Assembly: GCA_049314555.1 (NCBI GenBank)
Contig: JBMOEW010000006.1
Location: forward strand, 23,100 to 87,099
DNA: 64,000 nt
Source of the DNA: Caulobacterales bacterium
GTDB lineage: Bacteria > Pseudomonadota > Alphaproteobacteria > Caulobacterales > Aquidulcibacteraceae
Direction: 5' to 3'
In this document: in pieces, positions 10,870 through 23,310 of the stretch
Position numbering within the stretch: the stretch's first letter is position 1
Layout of the letters: the number at the start of each line of letters is the position of its first letter
Position numbers and translations under genes: made by a program
Notes under the pieces: model-generated
What the model was told of the DNA's origin: nothing
Seen by the model: the letters and a program-made list of their open reading frames with translations, nothing else
Database searches by the model: none

Positions 10870-11286
10870 ATGAACGCCGAACAATCCATTCGTGTCCTGG
10901 ACGTCCCCACCGAACTGCGCGTTGGCGTATCTGATAAAGAGCGTGCCCATCCCCAATCGGTGCGCATCAGCGTTGTGCTCACGCTCCACGAACCGCCCAA
11001 CTTCGCCGATCACGATCGCCTCTGCGACACGATCGACTATGATCATATCATCCGGTTCATCCAACACACCCTTCCCGCCGAAGGGCCAACGCGCCTCATC
11101 GAAACCCTGGCAGACCGCACCGCCAAGCACTGCCTTTCCCTGTCCGCGCGGGTGGCAGGCGCGCAGGTGTCCGTTGCCAAGCCCTCCGTGTTGGGCACGC
11201 AAGGCGAAGTCAGCGTGGTGATCATGCGCCTTGCCGACCACGCCGAGCAACACCACACCAAGTCTATCGCCGAGGCCAACCGATGA
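10870..11286 (+). CDS. folB: dihydroneopterin aldolase family protein
   Basis: The pattern LRVGVSDKERAHPQSVRISVVL...DTIDYDHI is typical of FolB. It overlaps the downstream SDR gene (ATGA). Confidence 0.8.
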   Translation: MNAEQSIRVLDVPTELRVGVSDKERAHPQSVRISVVLTLHEPPNFADHDRLCDTIDYDHIIRFIQHTLPAEGPTRLIETLADRTAKHCLSLSARVAGAQVSVAKPSVLGTQGEVSVVIMRLADHAEQHHTKSIAEANR

Positions 11287-12047
11287 CCCAATCGCCGATG
11301 GGTTGGGTGCTGATCACCGGCGCTGGCAAAAGGCTTGGCCGCGCTGTCGCAGAACACCTTAGTGATCATGGCTGGGCCATCGCGCTCCACTACAACAGCG
11401 CTCGCAGCGAAGCAGAAGCCCTCACCGCCGCGATCATCGCCAAGGGCGCAGCAGCGATTGCCATCGGTGCCGACCTCGCCGATCCTGCCGCCGCCCAAGG
11501 CCTGTGCCAACAGGCATCAGCTGCGTCCGGTTCCCCCTTGAGCGGGCTAGTCAACTGCGCCTCAATCTTCGAGCATGATACCATCGACACCCTCACCCCG
11601 GCCCTGTTTGAACAGCACATGCGCGTCAACACACTGGCCCCGATGCTGCTGTGTCAGGCCTTCGCGCATGCCTTGCCGGAGGGGCACACCGGGGCCATCG
11701 TCAACTTCCTGGATTTCAAGCTCGCGCAACCGTATCCAGACCATCTCTCCTACACCCTCTCAAAATACGCATTGATGGGCGGTTGCGAAATGCTGGCGCG
11801 GGGCTTGGCCCCGCGTGTCCGCGTCAACGCTGTGGCCCCTGGCTATGTGTTGCCCTCGCCGGGCCAACCGCAGGAAGACTTTGAACGCCTGCACGCCAAC
11901 ACCCCGCTCGCCCGCGGAGCCACCCCTTCAGACATAGCCAGCGCTGTGCGCTATTTGCTCGAAAGCCCCGCCATCACCGGCCAGACCATCTATGTCGATG
12001 CCGGCCTTCGCTTTCGCAGCTTTGACCGCGATCTGGCATTCATGTAG
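11283..12047 (+). CDS. SDR family oxidoreductase (pteridine-reductase-like)
   Basis: VLITGAGKRLG glycine motif, a YxxxK-type active site YTLSKYAL, and NAVAPG. Coupled to folB. Confidence 0.85.
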   Translation: MTQSPMGWVLITGAGKRLGRAVAEHLSDHGWAIALHYNSARSEAEALTAAIIAKGAAAIAIGADLADPAAAQGLCQQASAASGSPLSGLVNCASIFEHDTIDTLTPALFEQHMRVNTLAPMLLCQAFAHALPEGHTGAIVNFLDFKLAQPYPDHLSYTLSKYALMGGCEMLARGLAPRVRVNAVAPGYVLPSPGQPQEDFERLHANTPLARGATPSDIASAVRYLLESPAITGQTIYVDAGLRFRSFDRDLAFM

Positions 12048-12094
12048 CGCCAAATTGTTCTTTATTTGTTCTTTTTTGGCGGTAGGGTTTCTGC

Positions 12095-13189
12095 ATGCCG
12101 CCGCGCCCGATTGCCCTGAACCCAGAAAACAGCGCCACGCACCGCGGTCGCGGCGCGCTAACAAACATCACCGGGCGCTATGAAAAGACAAGCCGCGAAA
12201 AAGAAGCCGATGGCTGGGATAGCGCGCCAGAGCCGCAAAGCCTTGCCACCTCGATCACGGAAGAAGTCGCCAAGTCGGCCATCTCCTATAACACCAGCCC
12301 AGATATCAGCTTCGATCGAACCGTAAACCCGTATCGCGGCTGCGAGCATGGCTGTGTGTACTGCTACGCCAGACCCAACCACGCCTATGTGGGCCTTTCA
12401 CCCGGCCTGGATTTTGAATCCCGCCTGTTCGTCAAATCCAACGCCATCGAAAAGCTGAGCGAAGAACTGGCCCAACCCGGCTACAAGCCGGCTACGCTGA
12501 TGCTCTCTGGCGTTACCGATTGCTATCAACCCATCGAACGAACCCATCGCCTCACGCGCCGCGTGCTGGAAACGATGCTCGCCTGGCACCACCCCGTGGC
12601 AATCACCACGAAATCCGCTTTGGTCCTGCGCGACATCGATGTTCTGCAGGAGTTGGCGAAACTGCGGCTTGTGAAAATTGCCCTGTCGATCACCACGCTT
12701 GATCCAAGGCTCGCCCGCCGTTTGGAACCCCGCGCCACCACCCCCGCAAAACGCCTCGCCGCCATCGAGGGCCTCGCCAAGGCCGGCGTGCCAACCTCGG
12801 TCATGGTCGCACCGATCATTCCGGGCCTGACGGACACCGAAATCGAAGCGATTATCTCCGCTGCTGCCACAGCAGGGGCCCGCAGTGCCGGCTACGTGCT
12901 GTTGCGCTTGCCGCTAGAACTCAAAGCGCTGATGCAGGAGTGGCTACACACCCACACACCCGCCCGCGCAAGCCACGTCTGGCGCCTCCTCACCGACACC
13001 CACAACGGCGCGGTTTATCAATCGCAATTCGGCCTGCGCCAGCGGGGATCAGGGCCCTATGCGCAACTGATCGCGCAACGTTTTCGCATGGCCCTGCGTC
13101 GCAATCATTTGCAAGCCCCGCGCTTCGACCTGGACACTACCCTCTTCCGAAAACCACCAACCGCAGGTGATCAACTGCCGCTGTTTTGA
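12095..13189 (+). CDS. PA0069 family radical SAM protein (SplB/COG1533-like)
   Basis: HRGRGALTNITGRYE N-terminus and the radical SAM cluster motif CEHGCVYCYA. Confidence 0.85.
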   Translation: MPPRPIALNPENSATHRGRGALTNITGRYEKTSREKEADGWDSAPEPQSLATSITEEVAKSAISYNTSPDISFDRTVNPYRGCEHGCVYCYARPNHAYVGLSPGLDFESRLFVKSNAIEKLSEELAQPGYKPATLMLSGVTDCYQPIERTHRLTRRVLETMLAWHHPVAITTKSALVLRDIDVLQELAKLRLVKIALSITTLDPRLARRLEPRATTPAKRLAAIEGLAKAGVPTSVMVAPIIPGLTDTEIEAIISAAATAGARSAGYVLLRLPLELKALMQEWLHTHTPARASHVWRLLTDTHNGAVYQSQFGLRQRGSGPYAQLIAQRFRMALRRNHLQAPRFDLDTTLFRKPPTAGDQLPLF

Positions 13190-13253
13190 TTGACGGCTGG
13201 CGCGCGTCCATTAGGCGGAGTATGAAACCTTAAGGAACGGGGAGGAGTGGCCG

Positions 13254-14207
13254 ATGCGCCTCGACAATCAGCGACGCAGTGACAACATCGAGGATCGCCG
13301 CGGCATGCGCGGTCCACGCGGTGGCGGCGGCGGCGGCCTTCCGGTGCGCACCGGCGGTCTTGGCATCGGTGGGCTCATCATCATCGGCCTGATCATGCTG
13401 TTTTTCCCGGGCGCGCGCGATCTGCTGGGCGGGCTATTGACGGGCGGTGCCGGTGGCTTGAGCGCCCCAGGTGCCGTTGAAGGCGATGCCTCCGCCCCAG
13501 CTGAAGGGGCCCGCACCGGTTGCCCACAAGGCGATCAGGCCTGCGATTTTCTGGCAGCCGTGCTCGGCTCCACAGAAGACAAATGGACCCAGGCCTTCGC
13601 TGCAGGCCAACTTCCCAACTACGGCCGCAACCCTGGCGCTTACGTCCCCCCAACTCTGGTGCTGTATGACAGCCCTGTGGTGGAAACCGGCGGCTGCGGC
13701 GACGTCCCCAATTCGGCCGGCCCCTTCTACTGCCCGGGCGATCAAAAGCTATACATCGACCTGAGCTTCTTTGACGTCCTGTCGCGGCGCTTGAATTCGC
13801 CGGGCGATTTCGCCCAGGCTTACGTTGTCGCCCATGAAGTGGGCCACCACGTGCAAAACCTGATCGGTGCTACAGAAATTCGCCAGGAAGCGGCCATGCG
13901 CGGCGGCGCCGGGGCCAACCAAATGTCCGTTCGCCTGGAACTGCAGGCAGACTGCCTGGCCGGCACCTGGGCAAGCTTTGCCAATCGCGGCGGCCAGTTG
14001 GCCCCCGGCGATCTGGATGAAGCATTGAACGCCGCGCACAACATCGGCGACGACACGCTTCAACAGGGCCAGCAAGGCTATGCCCGCCCCGAAACCTTCA
14101 CCCATGGGTCTTCCGAACAGCGCCGTCGGTGGTTCCAACGCGGTGCCCAATCAGGTGACCCGCGCCAGTGTGACACCTTCGCCGTCCGCGACTACAGCCA
14201 ACTCTAA
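13254..14207 (+). CDS. ypfJ: YpfJ/KPN_02809 family neutral zinc metallopeptidase
   Basis: N-terminus RRSDNIEDRRG, a Gly-rich TM anchor, zinc motif HEVGHHVQ, and LELQADCLAG. Confidence 0.88.
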   Translation: MRLDNQRRSDNIEDRRGMRGPRGGGGGGLPVRTGGLGIGGLIIIGLIMLFFPGARDLLGGLLTGGAGGLSAPGAVEGDASAPAEGARTGCPQGDQACDFLAAVLGSTEDKWTQAFAAGQLPNYGRNPGAYVPPTLVLYDSPVVETGGCGDVPNSAGPFYCPGDQKLYIDLSFFDVLSRRLNSPGDFAQAYVVAHEVGHHVQNLIGATEIRQEAAMRGGAGANQMSVRLELQADCLAGTWASFANRGGQLAPGDLDEALNAAHNIGDDTLQQGQQGYARPETFTHGSSEQRRRWFQRGAQSGDPRQCDTFAVRDYSQL

Positions 14208-14258
14208 GCCGGCCCAAACAACGCCAGAAGACAACGCCGCCAGAATCGCGCCACCGCT

Positions 14259-14840
14259 TTGCCCATGATCCTATGCGGCGTGGATGAAGCGGGGCGCGGC
14301 CCCTGGGCGGGTCCAGTGGTGGCAGCCGCCGTGATCTTGCCCCCCGCCGGCGCGCCTGCCGGGGCCGGCGACAGCAAAACCCTCACCGCCCAAAAGCGCG
14401 CGCGCCTGGAAACTCTGATCCAACAGTCCTGCGTGTGGGCAATCGGTGAAGCCAGCGTCGAAGAGATCGACCGCCTCAACATCCGCCAAGCCACCCACCT
14501 CGCCATGCGCCGCGCGGTTGAAGGCCTGGCCACATCACCAGCGCTGGCGCTGGTCGACGGCAACGATGCACCGCGCTTGCCATGCCCGGTGCGCACGATT
14601 ATCGGCGGCGATGCCACCGAACCGGCCATCGCCTGCGCTTCAATCCTGGCGAAGGAACACCGCGACCGCCTCATGGTTGCCGCCTGCGCTCTCTATCCCG
14701 GCTACGGCTTCGCCCGCCACAAAGGCTACGGCTCCCCCGAGCATCAGCGCGCCCTCGCCGAGATCGGCCCCTGCCCGCTACATCGCCTGACGTTCAAGCC
14801 GGTTGCCGCTTCCCAGAGATCAGCCGCGTCGCCAAAATGA
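14259..14840 (+). CDS. rnhB: ribonuclease HII
   Basis: GVDEAGRGPWAGPVVAAAV, DSKTL, and the ASILAK...GYG.P.H motifs. Confidence 0.93.
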   Translation: MPMILCGVDEAGRGPWAGPVVAAAVILPPAGAPAGAGDSKTLTAQKRARLETLIQQSCVWAIGEASVEEIDRLNIRQATHLAMRRAVEGLATSPALALVDGNDAPRLPCPVRTIIGGDATEPAIACASILAKEHRDRLMVAACALYPGYGFARHKGYGSPEHQRALAEIGPCPLHRLTFKPVAASQRSAASPK

Positions 14841-14955
14841 GCGGCGCGATCGCCAACGGTGCCCACCGCGCCAAATCCCCACGACCGGCCTGAATAAGCA
14901 CAATCACCACCACAAACACCAAGCCCGGCGTGGCACCCCGGATCGCGGCCACCCA

Positions 14956-17762
<2,807 letters not shown>

Positions 17763-17794
17763 TCGTTAGGGTCTTCCCAGCGTCATACTGCCCG

Positions 17795-18334
17795 ATGGTG
17801 ATGTTTGCTCGATTCCGCGCGCAGGAAGCGCGCCGCACGCACGAAGAACGCGAAGCCGTGGCCGAAGCCCGCCTCGCCTCGGTGCAAGCGCGCCCCCCCG
17901 CAAAAGCCGCACCAATGGCTGCGGGCCATGCCGCAAAGGTGCTGCGCCCGTTGATGAAGGGTGTGGGCGGCGGCCTGTCAGACCTCAAGCGCGGCTGGAC
18001 CGAGATCATCGGCGCCAGCATGGCCCGCGCGACAGCCCCAGAAAAGTTCGCCGGCGGCGTCTTGACCATTAGGGCAGCCTCCGCGGTTGCCCCATTCGTC
18101 CAACACCAGCAGGCCCTAATCATGGAGCGCTGCGCCCTCGCGGGCGTCACCGTTACCGCGGTCAAGATCGTCCAAGGCCCACTGCCCAAAGTCGAAGGCA
18201 CAAATCTGCGCCCCGTGGCCCGCAAGTTGACCCCGCAGGAGGAAGCAGCCCTCGCCGCCGATGTTAGCGAAATTCCCCCCGGTCGCCTGCGCGACGCCCT
18301 CACCCGCTTGGGCCGCGCCGTCCGCAGCCGCTGA
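17795..18334 (+). CDS. DUF721 domain protein (DciA-type)
   Basis: The core LKRGWTEIIGASMARATAPEKFAGGVLTI matches the DUF721 pattern. The conserved alphaproteobacterial position is divergent from mutY and upstream of dsbA. Confidence 0.75.
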   Translation: MVMFARFRAQEARRTHEEREAVAEARLASVQARPPAKAAPMAAGHAAKVLRPLMKGVGGGLSDLKRGWTEIIGASMARATAPEKFAGGVLTIRAASAVAPFVQHQQALIMERCALAGVTVTAVKIVQGPLPKVEGTNLRPVARKLTPQEEAALAADVSEIPPGRLRDALTRLGRAVRSR

Positions 18335-18424
18335 CCAAACCGCATCCCGCCTGCCGCCCCCGCTTGGCGACATGACAAACCTGGACTAGGAACCTCGCAT
18401 AAACGCCTGTGTGAGGAGCCGTCC

Positions 18425-19078
18425 ATGTCCCTGTCCCGCCGCTCAATTCTGGCCGCGTCCGCCGGCATGGCTGTCTTGGGCTCGATTGGGCTTGCTGGTT
18501 GCGAAAAAAAGGCCTTCACCCCGACAGACGGCGATATGGCTCTAGGCGCAGAAACGGCCAAGGTCACGCTGATCGAGTATTTCTCCGCCACCTGTGGTCA
18601 TTGCGCCCACTTTCACATGAATGTGTATCCGCAAATCAAGACCAATTACGTGGATACCGGCCGCATCCGCTACGTGTTCCGCGAACTGCTGACGCCGCCC
18701 GCCGCGGTCTCCTTGGCCGGCTTCCAGGTCGCCCGCTGTGGCGGCGCCACCACAGAACAGTATATGTCGCGGCTGGGCGTCATGTTTGAGAATCAAAGTT
18801 CAATTCTGTCGGGCTCGCCCGCGGCGATTCGTGAGCGCCTGATCGAGATTGGGCGCGCCGCAGGCCTTTCCGAAGATCAAGTGACCGCCTGCATTTCCGA
18901 CGAAACAGGCCCCACCCGCACCCGCGCGTTTGAAGAGCAAGCCGCCAAAGACGGTGCCACCGGCACCCCCACGTTCCTGATCAACGGCACGGTTTGGACA
19001 CCACCGCCCGGCACGCCCAATGCCACCTATGAACAGATTTCTGCAGCGCTTGACGAAGCCCTGACGGCCGCAGGCTGA
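18425..19078 (+). CDS. DsbA family thiol:disulfide oxidoreductase, lipoprotein-like
   Basis: Leader RRSILAASAGMAVLGSIGLAGC and thioredoxin-fold active site CGHC. Confidence 0.88.
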   Translation: MSLSRRSILAASAGMAVLGSIGLAGCEKKAFTPTDGDMALGAETAKVTLIEYFSATCGHCAHFHMNVYPQIKTNYVDTGRIRYVFRELLTPPAAVSLAGFQVARCGGATTEQYMSRLGVMFENQSSILSGSPAAIRERLIEIGRAAGLSEDQVTACISDETGPTRTRAFEEQAAKDGATGTPTFLINGTVWTPPPGTPNATYEQISAALDEALTAAG

Positions 19079-19107
19079 GTCAGAACGGCAATAAACACTT
19101 GGTTTGC

Positions 19108-19135
19108 TTGACACGTCAGAAGCGGCGCCTATTGT
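19108..19135 (+). promoter_or_regulatory. candidate sigma-70-type promoter of the atp F0 operon
   Basis: TTGACA (19108-19113), a 16-nt spacer, then TATTGT (19130-19135), about 25 nt upstream of the atpI ATG. Confidence 0.4.
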
Positions 19136-19159
19136 CCGCGCCGGTCGCGGGGGCAGTCC

Positions 19160-19567
19160 ATGCCAGATGAGCGGATGCCTGAGGAAGGGTCTGAACCACG
19201 CGATCGCCTCGAAGCGTCGAATCGCGCCGTCACTGATGCGCTCGATCGTCGTGAAGCCGAGGCGCGCAAATCCGCCGAGCGCGAAGCGCAGGTGCGGGTG
19301 GCGCGACGCGAGGGTGCAGCCTGGCGGGTGGTGACGGATCTGATCGCCGCCACCGCTGTCGGGTCCCTGATCGGCTTCGTCTTGGACAGAACCATCGATT
19401 CAACGCCCTTCGGGCTGATCGTTGGGCTGTTTGCGGGGTTTGGCTTGGGCATGTGGCGCGCGGCAAAGTCAGCTGCGCGCTTGCAAGCGCAGGCAAATAG
19501 CGATCAACACCCCATGGCTCCGCCGCCGGCGGCCGCCCCTGGGGCTGGCGACGCGGACAAAGAGTAG
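19160..19567 (+). CDS. atpI: AtpZ/AtpI family protein (ATP synthase protein I)
   Basis: Two TM helices (VVTDLIAATAVGSLIGFVL, FGLIVGLFAGFGLGMW). It sits directly upstream of atpB. Confidence 0.8.
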   Translation: MPDERMPEEGSEPRDRLEASNRAVTDALDRREAEARKSAEREAQVRVARREGAAWRVVTDLIAATAVGSLIGFVLDRTIDSTPFGLIVGLFAGFGLGMWRAAKSAARLQAQANSDQHPMAPPPAAAPGAGDADKE

Positions 19568-19585
19568 TTTCGAGAGGCAGCAAGC

Positions 19586-20353
19586 GTGTTCTTCGTCGAA
19601 TCCGATCCCATGCACCAGTTCCAGCTGAAGAAGCTGTTTGAACTGCAACTGCCCAACGGTATCGACGTGTCCTTCACCAACTCCTCGCTGTGGATGGCGG
19701 CGGCGGTGGCGATTATCGCAGCCCTGTTGTGGTTTGGCACCAGCGGCGCGCGATTGATCCCCAGCCGGGTGCAATCGGTGGTGGAACTGTTTTACACGTT
19801 CGTGCGCGACATGGTCAAAAGCATCATCGGCGAAGACGGCCTGCCGTATTTTCCGATCGTCTTCACGCTGTTCGCCTTCATCCTGACGTGCAACCTGATC
19901 GGCATGTTCCCCTATGCCTTTACGGTCACCAGCCACATCTCCGTGACGATCGCACTGGGTCTGCTGGTGTTCGCCATCGTCGTGATCGTGGGCCTCATTA
20001 ACAAAGGCCCGATTGGCTTTTTGGCAAAGTTCCTGCCCCCCGGCACGCCCCTCGTATTGGCCCCGGTGGTCTATATCCTGGAGGTGATTTCCTTTCTGAT
20101 CCGTCCAGGCACGCTCGCGGTTCGTTTGTTCGCCAACATGCTGGCCGGACACTCGCTCTTGAAAGTGCTGGCGGGCTTTATTCCAGCTGGCCTTGCCGCT
20201 GGCGGTGTTGGTCTCTTGGCAGCGCTGGGGTCGGCACTGGGCGTGGTGTCGGTCACCGCGTTGGAGTTTTTGGTGGCGTTCCTGCAGGCGTATGTGTTTG
20301 CGATCCTCACCTGTGTCTATTTGTCTGAAGTGGTCGGCGAAGGTCACCACTAA
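19586..20353 (+). CDS. atpB: F0F1 ATP synthase subunit A
   Basis: DPMHQFQL N-terminus, conserved LAVRLFANMLAGH, and C-terminal LQAYVFAILTCVYL. Confidence 0.93.
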   Translation: MFFVESDPMHQFQLKKLFELQLPNGIDVSFTNSSLWMAAAVAIIAALLWFGTSGARLIPSRVQSVVELFYTFVRDMVKSIIGEDGLPYFPIVFTLFAFILTCNLIGMFPYAFTVTSHISVTIALGLLVFAIVVIVGLINKGPIGFLAKFLPPGTPLVLAPVVYILEVISFLIRPGTLAVRLFANMLAGHSLLKVLAGFIPAGLAAGGVGLLAALGSALGVVSVTALEFLVAFLQAYVFAILTCVYLSEVVGEGHH

Positions 20354-20420
20354 GGGCACTCGGTTGCGCCGTCTGGAGCGTTCCAGCGGCGAGTGGTTAT
20401 GAGTTCAAAGGAGTAAGACA

Positions 20421-20675
20421 ATGGCCGCGACCCCAGCAGAAGTGATCCCCCTGGTTGAAATGGGCCAAGCGATTGGCGCGGGCTTGGCATGCTTTGCCCT
20501 GCTCGGCGCGGCAATCGGCGTGGGCAACATCTTCGCGAGCTATCTGGAAGGCGCGATGCGCAACCCCAGCGCCGCTGCCAGCCAAACCGGCAACCTGTTC
20601 GTCGGTGCAGCCCTTGCAGAAGCCGCGGGCCTGTTCGGTCTCGTGGTCGCGCTGCTCCTGTTGTTCGTGCTCTAA
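20421..20675 (+). CDS. atpE: F0F1 ATP synthase subunit C
   Basis: IGAGLACFALLGAAIGVGNIF...NLFVGAALAEAAGLFGLVVALLLLF. AAGGAG SD upstream. Confidence 0.92.
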   Translation: MAATPAEVIPLVEMGQAIGAGLACFALLGAAIGVGNIFASYLEGAMRNPSAAASQTGNLFVGAALAEAAGLFGLVVALLLLFVL

Positions 20676-20710
20676 GCGCGGATTTCCGCGCCCCTCACAC
20701 AACACCATCC

Positions 20711-20770
20711 CCTCACGGGCAGGCCCATAACGGGCAGGCCTATAACGGGTAGGCCCACAACGGGTAGGAG
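20711..20770. repeat. 4 x 15-bp tandem repeat in the atpE-atpF' spacer
   Basis: The units are cctcacgggcaggcc, cataacgggcaggcc, tataacgggtaggcc and cacaacgggtaggag. The last unit carries the SD of the b' gene. Confidence 0.9.
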
Positions 20771-20775
20771 CGTCC

Positions 20776-21270
20776 ATGGCTGGCGAAAGCCACGCGGGTG
20801 AAGCTGGACATGAAGCCGCCTCAGGCGGCCTCCCCCAGTTCGACCCCACCTATTTCCCAAGTCAGCTGTTCTGGCTGACGATCTTCTTTGTGCTGCTCTA
20901 TCTGCTGCTGGACCGCGTGCTTCTGCCGCGGGTTGGCGGCGTGATCGAGGCCCGCGCCAAGAAGATCCAGGGCGATATTGACGCCGCCGCGAAGGCCAAT
21001 GCCGACGCGCAGGCGGCCCTCGACAGCTACGACGCCACAATCGCCGCGAGCCGCGCCAAAGCCCGCGCAGAGATGGACACCGCCCGCGCAGAAGCCGCCG
21101 ACGTCCGTGCCAAGCAAACCGCCGAAGCCGACGCCACCCACCGCGCTGCCCTCGACGCCGCCGAAGCACGCCTGATGGCCCGCCGCGCCCAAGGCCTCGA
21201 AGCCGCCCGCGAAGCCGCCGAAGATGTCGCCCGCGACATCGTGCGCAAAATTGCCGGCCAAGGAGCCTAA
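20776..21270 (+). CDS. F0F1 ATP synthase subunit B'
   Basis: LPQFDPTYFPSQLFWLTIFFVLLYLLL, followed by a long Ala/Glu/Arg-rich coiled coil. The position between atpE and atpF is typical of alphaproteobacteria. Confidence 0.88.
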   Translation: MAGESHAGEAGHEAASGGLPQFDPTYFPSQLFWLTIFFVLLYLLLDRVLLPRVGGVIEARAKKIQGDIDAAAKANADAQAALDSYDATIAASRAKARAEMDTARAEAADVRAKQTAEADATHRAALDAAEARLMARRAQGLEAAREAAEDVARDIVRKIAGQGA

Positions 21271-21275
21271 TCGCG

Positions 21276-21770
21276 ATGGTCGAATTCTTCGCCGACGCCA
21301 AAAACTGGGTCCTGCTGGGCCTGTTGGCCTTCTTGGGAATCTTGGCCTATTTCGGCATCCATAAGCTTCTGTTGAAAGCCTTGGACGATCGCGCGAGCGC
21401 CATCCAGGCAGAACTCGCGCACGCCGAAGCCCTGCGCAAAGAGGCCGACGCGCTTCTCAAACAATACGCCGGGCGCAAAGAGGCCGCAGAAGCCGAAGCG
21501 AAAACGATCGTGGCCCAGGCCAAGGCAGACGCTGAAAGCCTGCGTCAAGCCGCAGAAAAGCAGCTGGCCCAGGACCTCTCCCGCCGCGAACGCCAAATGG
21601 AAGAGCGCATCGCGCGCGCCGAAAGCCAGGCCCAGTCAGAGCTGCGCAATGTGGCCGCCGAAGCAGCCATCGCTGCCGCCGAGCGCCTTCTGCGCGGTGA
21701 AGATGGCGCAACCGCCCACGCCGGCCTGATGCGCCAGGGCGTGCGCGAGCTGGCAGACCGCTTCGGCTGA
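21276..21770 (+). CDS. atpF: F0F1 ATP synthase subunit B
   Basis: Single N-terminal TM helix NWVLLGLLAFLGILAYFGI followed by a coiled coil. Confidence 0.88.
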   Translation: MVEFFADAKNWVLLGLLAFLGILAYFGIHKLLLKALDDRASAIQAELAHAEALRKEADALLKQYAGRKEAAEAEAKTIVAQAKADAESLRQAAEKQLAQDLSRRERQMEERIARAESQAQSELRNVAAEAAIAAAERLLRGEDGATAHAGLMRQGVRELADRFG

Positions 21771-21825
21771 TCTGGCGAAAGCCAGAACGGCCAGCTGGTG
21801 CTTTGAAAAGTCGCCAGGTGACCGC

Positions 21826-23244
21826 TTAGCTCAGCATCGGCGCGTAGGCCAAACGCAACAAATTGGTAGACCCCGGCGTGCCAAACGGCACCCCCGCCAC
21901 GATCACCATCCGCTGCCCAGGCTGCGCCAGCCCAAGCTGCACCGCCAACGTGCACGCCCGCGTGGTCATGTCATCGAGATCGGCCGGATGTTCCACCACC
22001 CGTGGCTCCAACCCCCAGCCGAGCACCAGCCGCCGCGCCACATCTAGGCTGGGTGTCAGCGCCAGCACGGGTTGCAACGGCCGCTCCCGCGCCAACCGCC
22101 GCGCGCTCGCGCCCGTGCTGGTGAACGCCACCAAACAGCCAGCCTTGATCACCTCCGCCGCCCGACGCGCCGCCGCCGATAAGGCGTCCGCGTTCGCCTC
22201 GCTCGCCACCACGTGATCGGCGTCCATCAAGCTCGGCCACATCGGATCGCGCTCCACCCGCGCAATGATCCGCGCCATCATCGACACGCTCTCCACCGGA
22301 AACTGGCCTGCCGCCGTCTCCCCAGACAGCATCAACGCGTCCGCCCCCTCATAGACGGCATTGGCCACATCAGAGGCCTCCGCCCGCGTCGGCACCGGCG
22401 CTGCCACCATCGAGTCTAGCATTTGCGTGGCCACGATCACCGGGATCCCGCGCCCCCGCGCCGCCCGCAGGATCATCTTCTGCGCCACCGGCACTTCCTC
22501 AGGCTCAAGCTCCACCCCAAGGTCGCCGCGCGCCACCATCACCCCGTCGCAATAGTCGAGGATTTCCTCCAGATCGCGCACCGCCGATGGCTTTTCGATC
22601 TTGGCCAAAGCCGCAGCCCGGCCATTTAACAAGCGCTTCAAGCCGGCCATGTCCGCGGCGCGCTGCACAAACGACAGCGCCACCCAGTCGACCCCGATTT
22701 CCAACGCCGCCGCAAGGTCGGCGTAGTCCTTCTCGCTCATCGCAGAAAGCGCCAGCACCGCCCCCGGCACATTGACCCCCTTGCGATCGGAAACCGGCCC
22801 GCCCTGCTCCACCCGCGTATCCAGAAAATCGCTGCCAACCCGCGTCACCCGTAGCCGCAGACGCCCATCGTCCACCAGCAACAGCGCGCCTGCCCCCACA
22901 GCCTGATAGATCTCTGGATGCAGCATCGGCGCGCGCTGCTCGTCGCCCGGTGTCGGGTCCATATCCAGCCGAAACATCGCGCCAATTTCCAGCAACTCGC
23001 GCCCGGCCAAAAACCGCCCGAGCCGCAGCTTCGGACCCTGCAAATCGGCCAAGATCGCGAGCGGACGCTCCAACACCTCTTCCGCCGCACGCACCGCCAA
23101 AGCCGCAGCCTCGTGGTCGGCCCGTTCCCCATGGCTAAAGTTCAGCCGAAAAACGTCCACCCCCGCTTGAGCGAGCTGCAGTACGCGATTGGTGCTGGCC
23201 GGCCCAAGCGTGGCGACGATGCGTGTGCGTCGAGTGCGAATCAA
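21826..23244 (-). CDS. pyk: pyruvate kinase
   Basis: RRTRIVATLGPAS...FRLNFSHG, MVARGDLGVE, and ATQMLDSM motifs. Confidence 0.95.
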   Translation of the reverse strand: MIRTRRTRIVATLGPASTNRVLQLAQAGVDVFRLNFSHGERADHEAAALAVRAAEEVLERPLAILADLQGPKLRLGRFLAGRELLEIGAMFRLDMDPTPGDEQRAPMLHPEIYQAVGAGALLLVDDGRLRLRVTRVGSDFLDTRVEQGGPVSDRKGVNVPGAVLALSAMSEKDYADLAAALEIGVDWVALSFVQRAADMAGLKRLLNGRAAALAKIEKPSAVRDLEEILDYCDGVMVARGDLGVELEPEEVPVAQKMILRAARGRGIPVIVATQMLDSMVAAPVPTRAEASDVANAVYEGADALMLSGETAAGQFPVESVSMMARIIARVERDPMWPSLMDADHVVASEANADALSAAARRAAEVIKAGCLVAFTSTGASARRLARERPLQPVLALTPSLDVARRLVLGWGLEPRVVEHPADLDDMTTRACTLAVQLGLAQPGQRMVIVAGVPFGTPGSTNLLRLAYAPMLS

Positions 23245-23310
23245 GCGAGCCCCCTGGCGATATCAGAGCGAAGGTCTAGCCCTTCGCCCCGCAATCGTCG
23301 ACTAGGCAGC

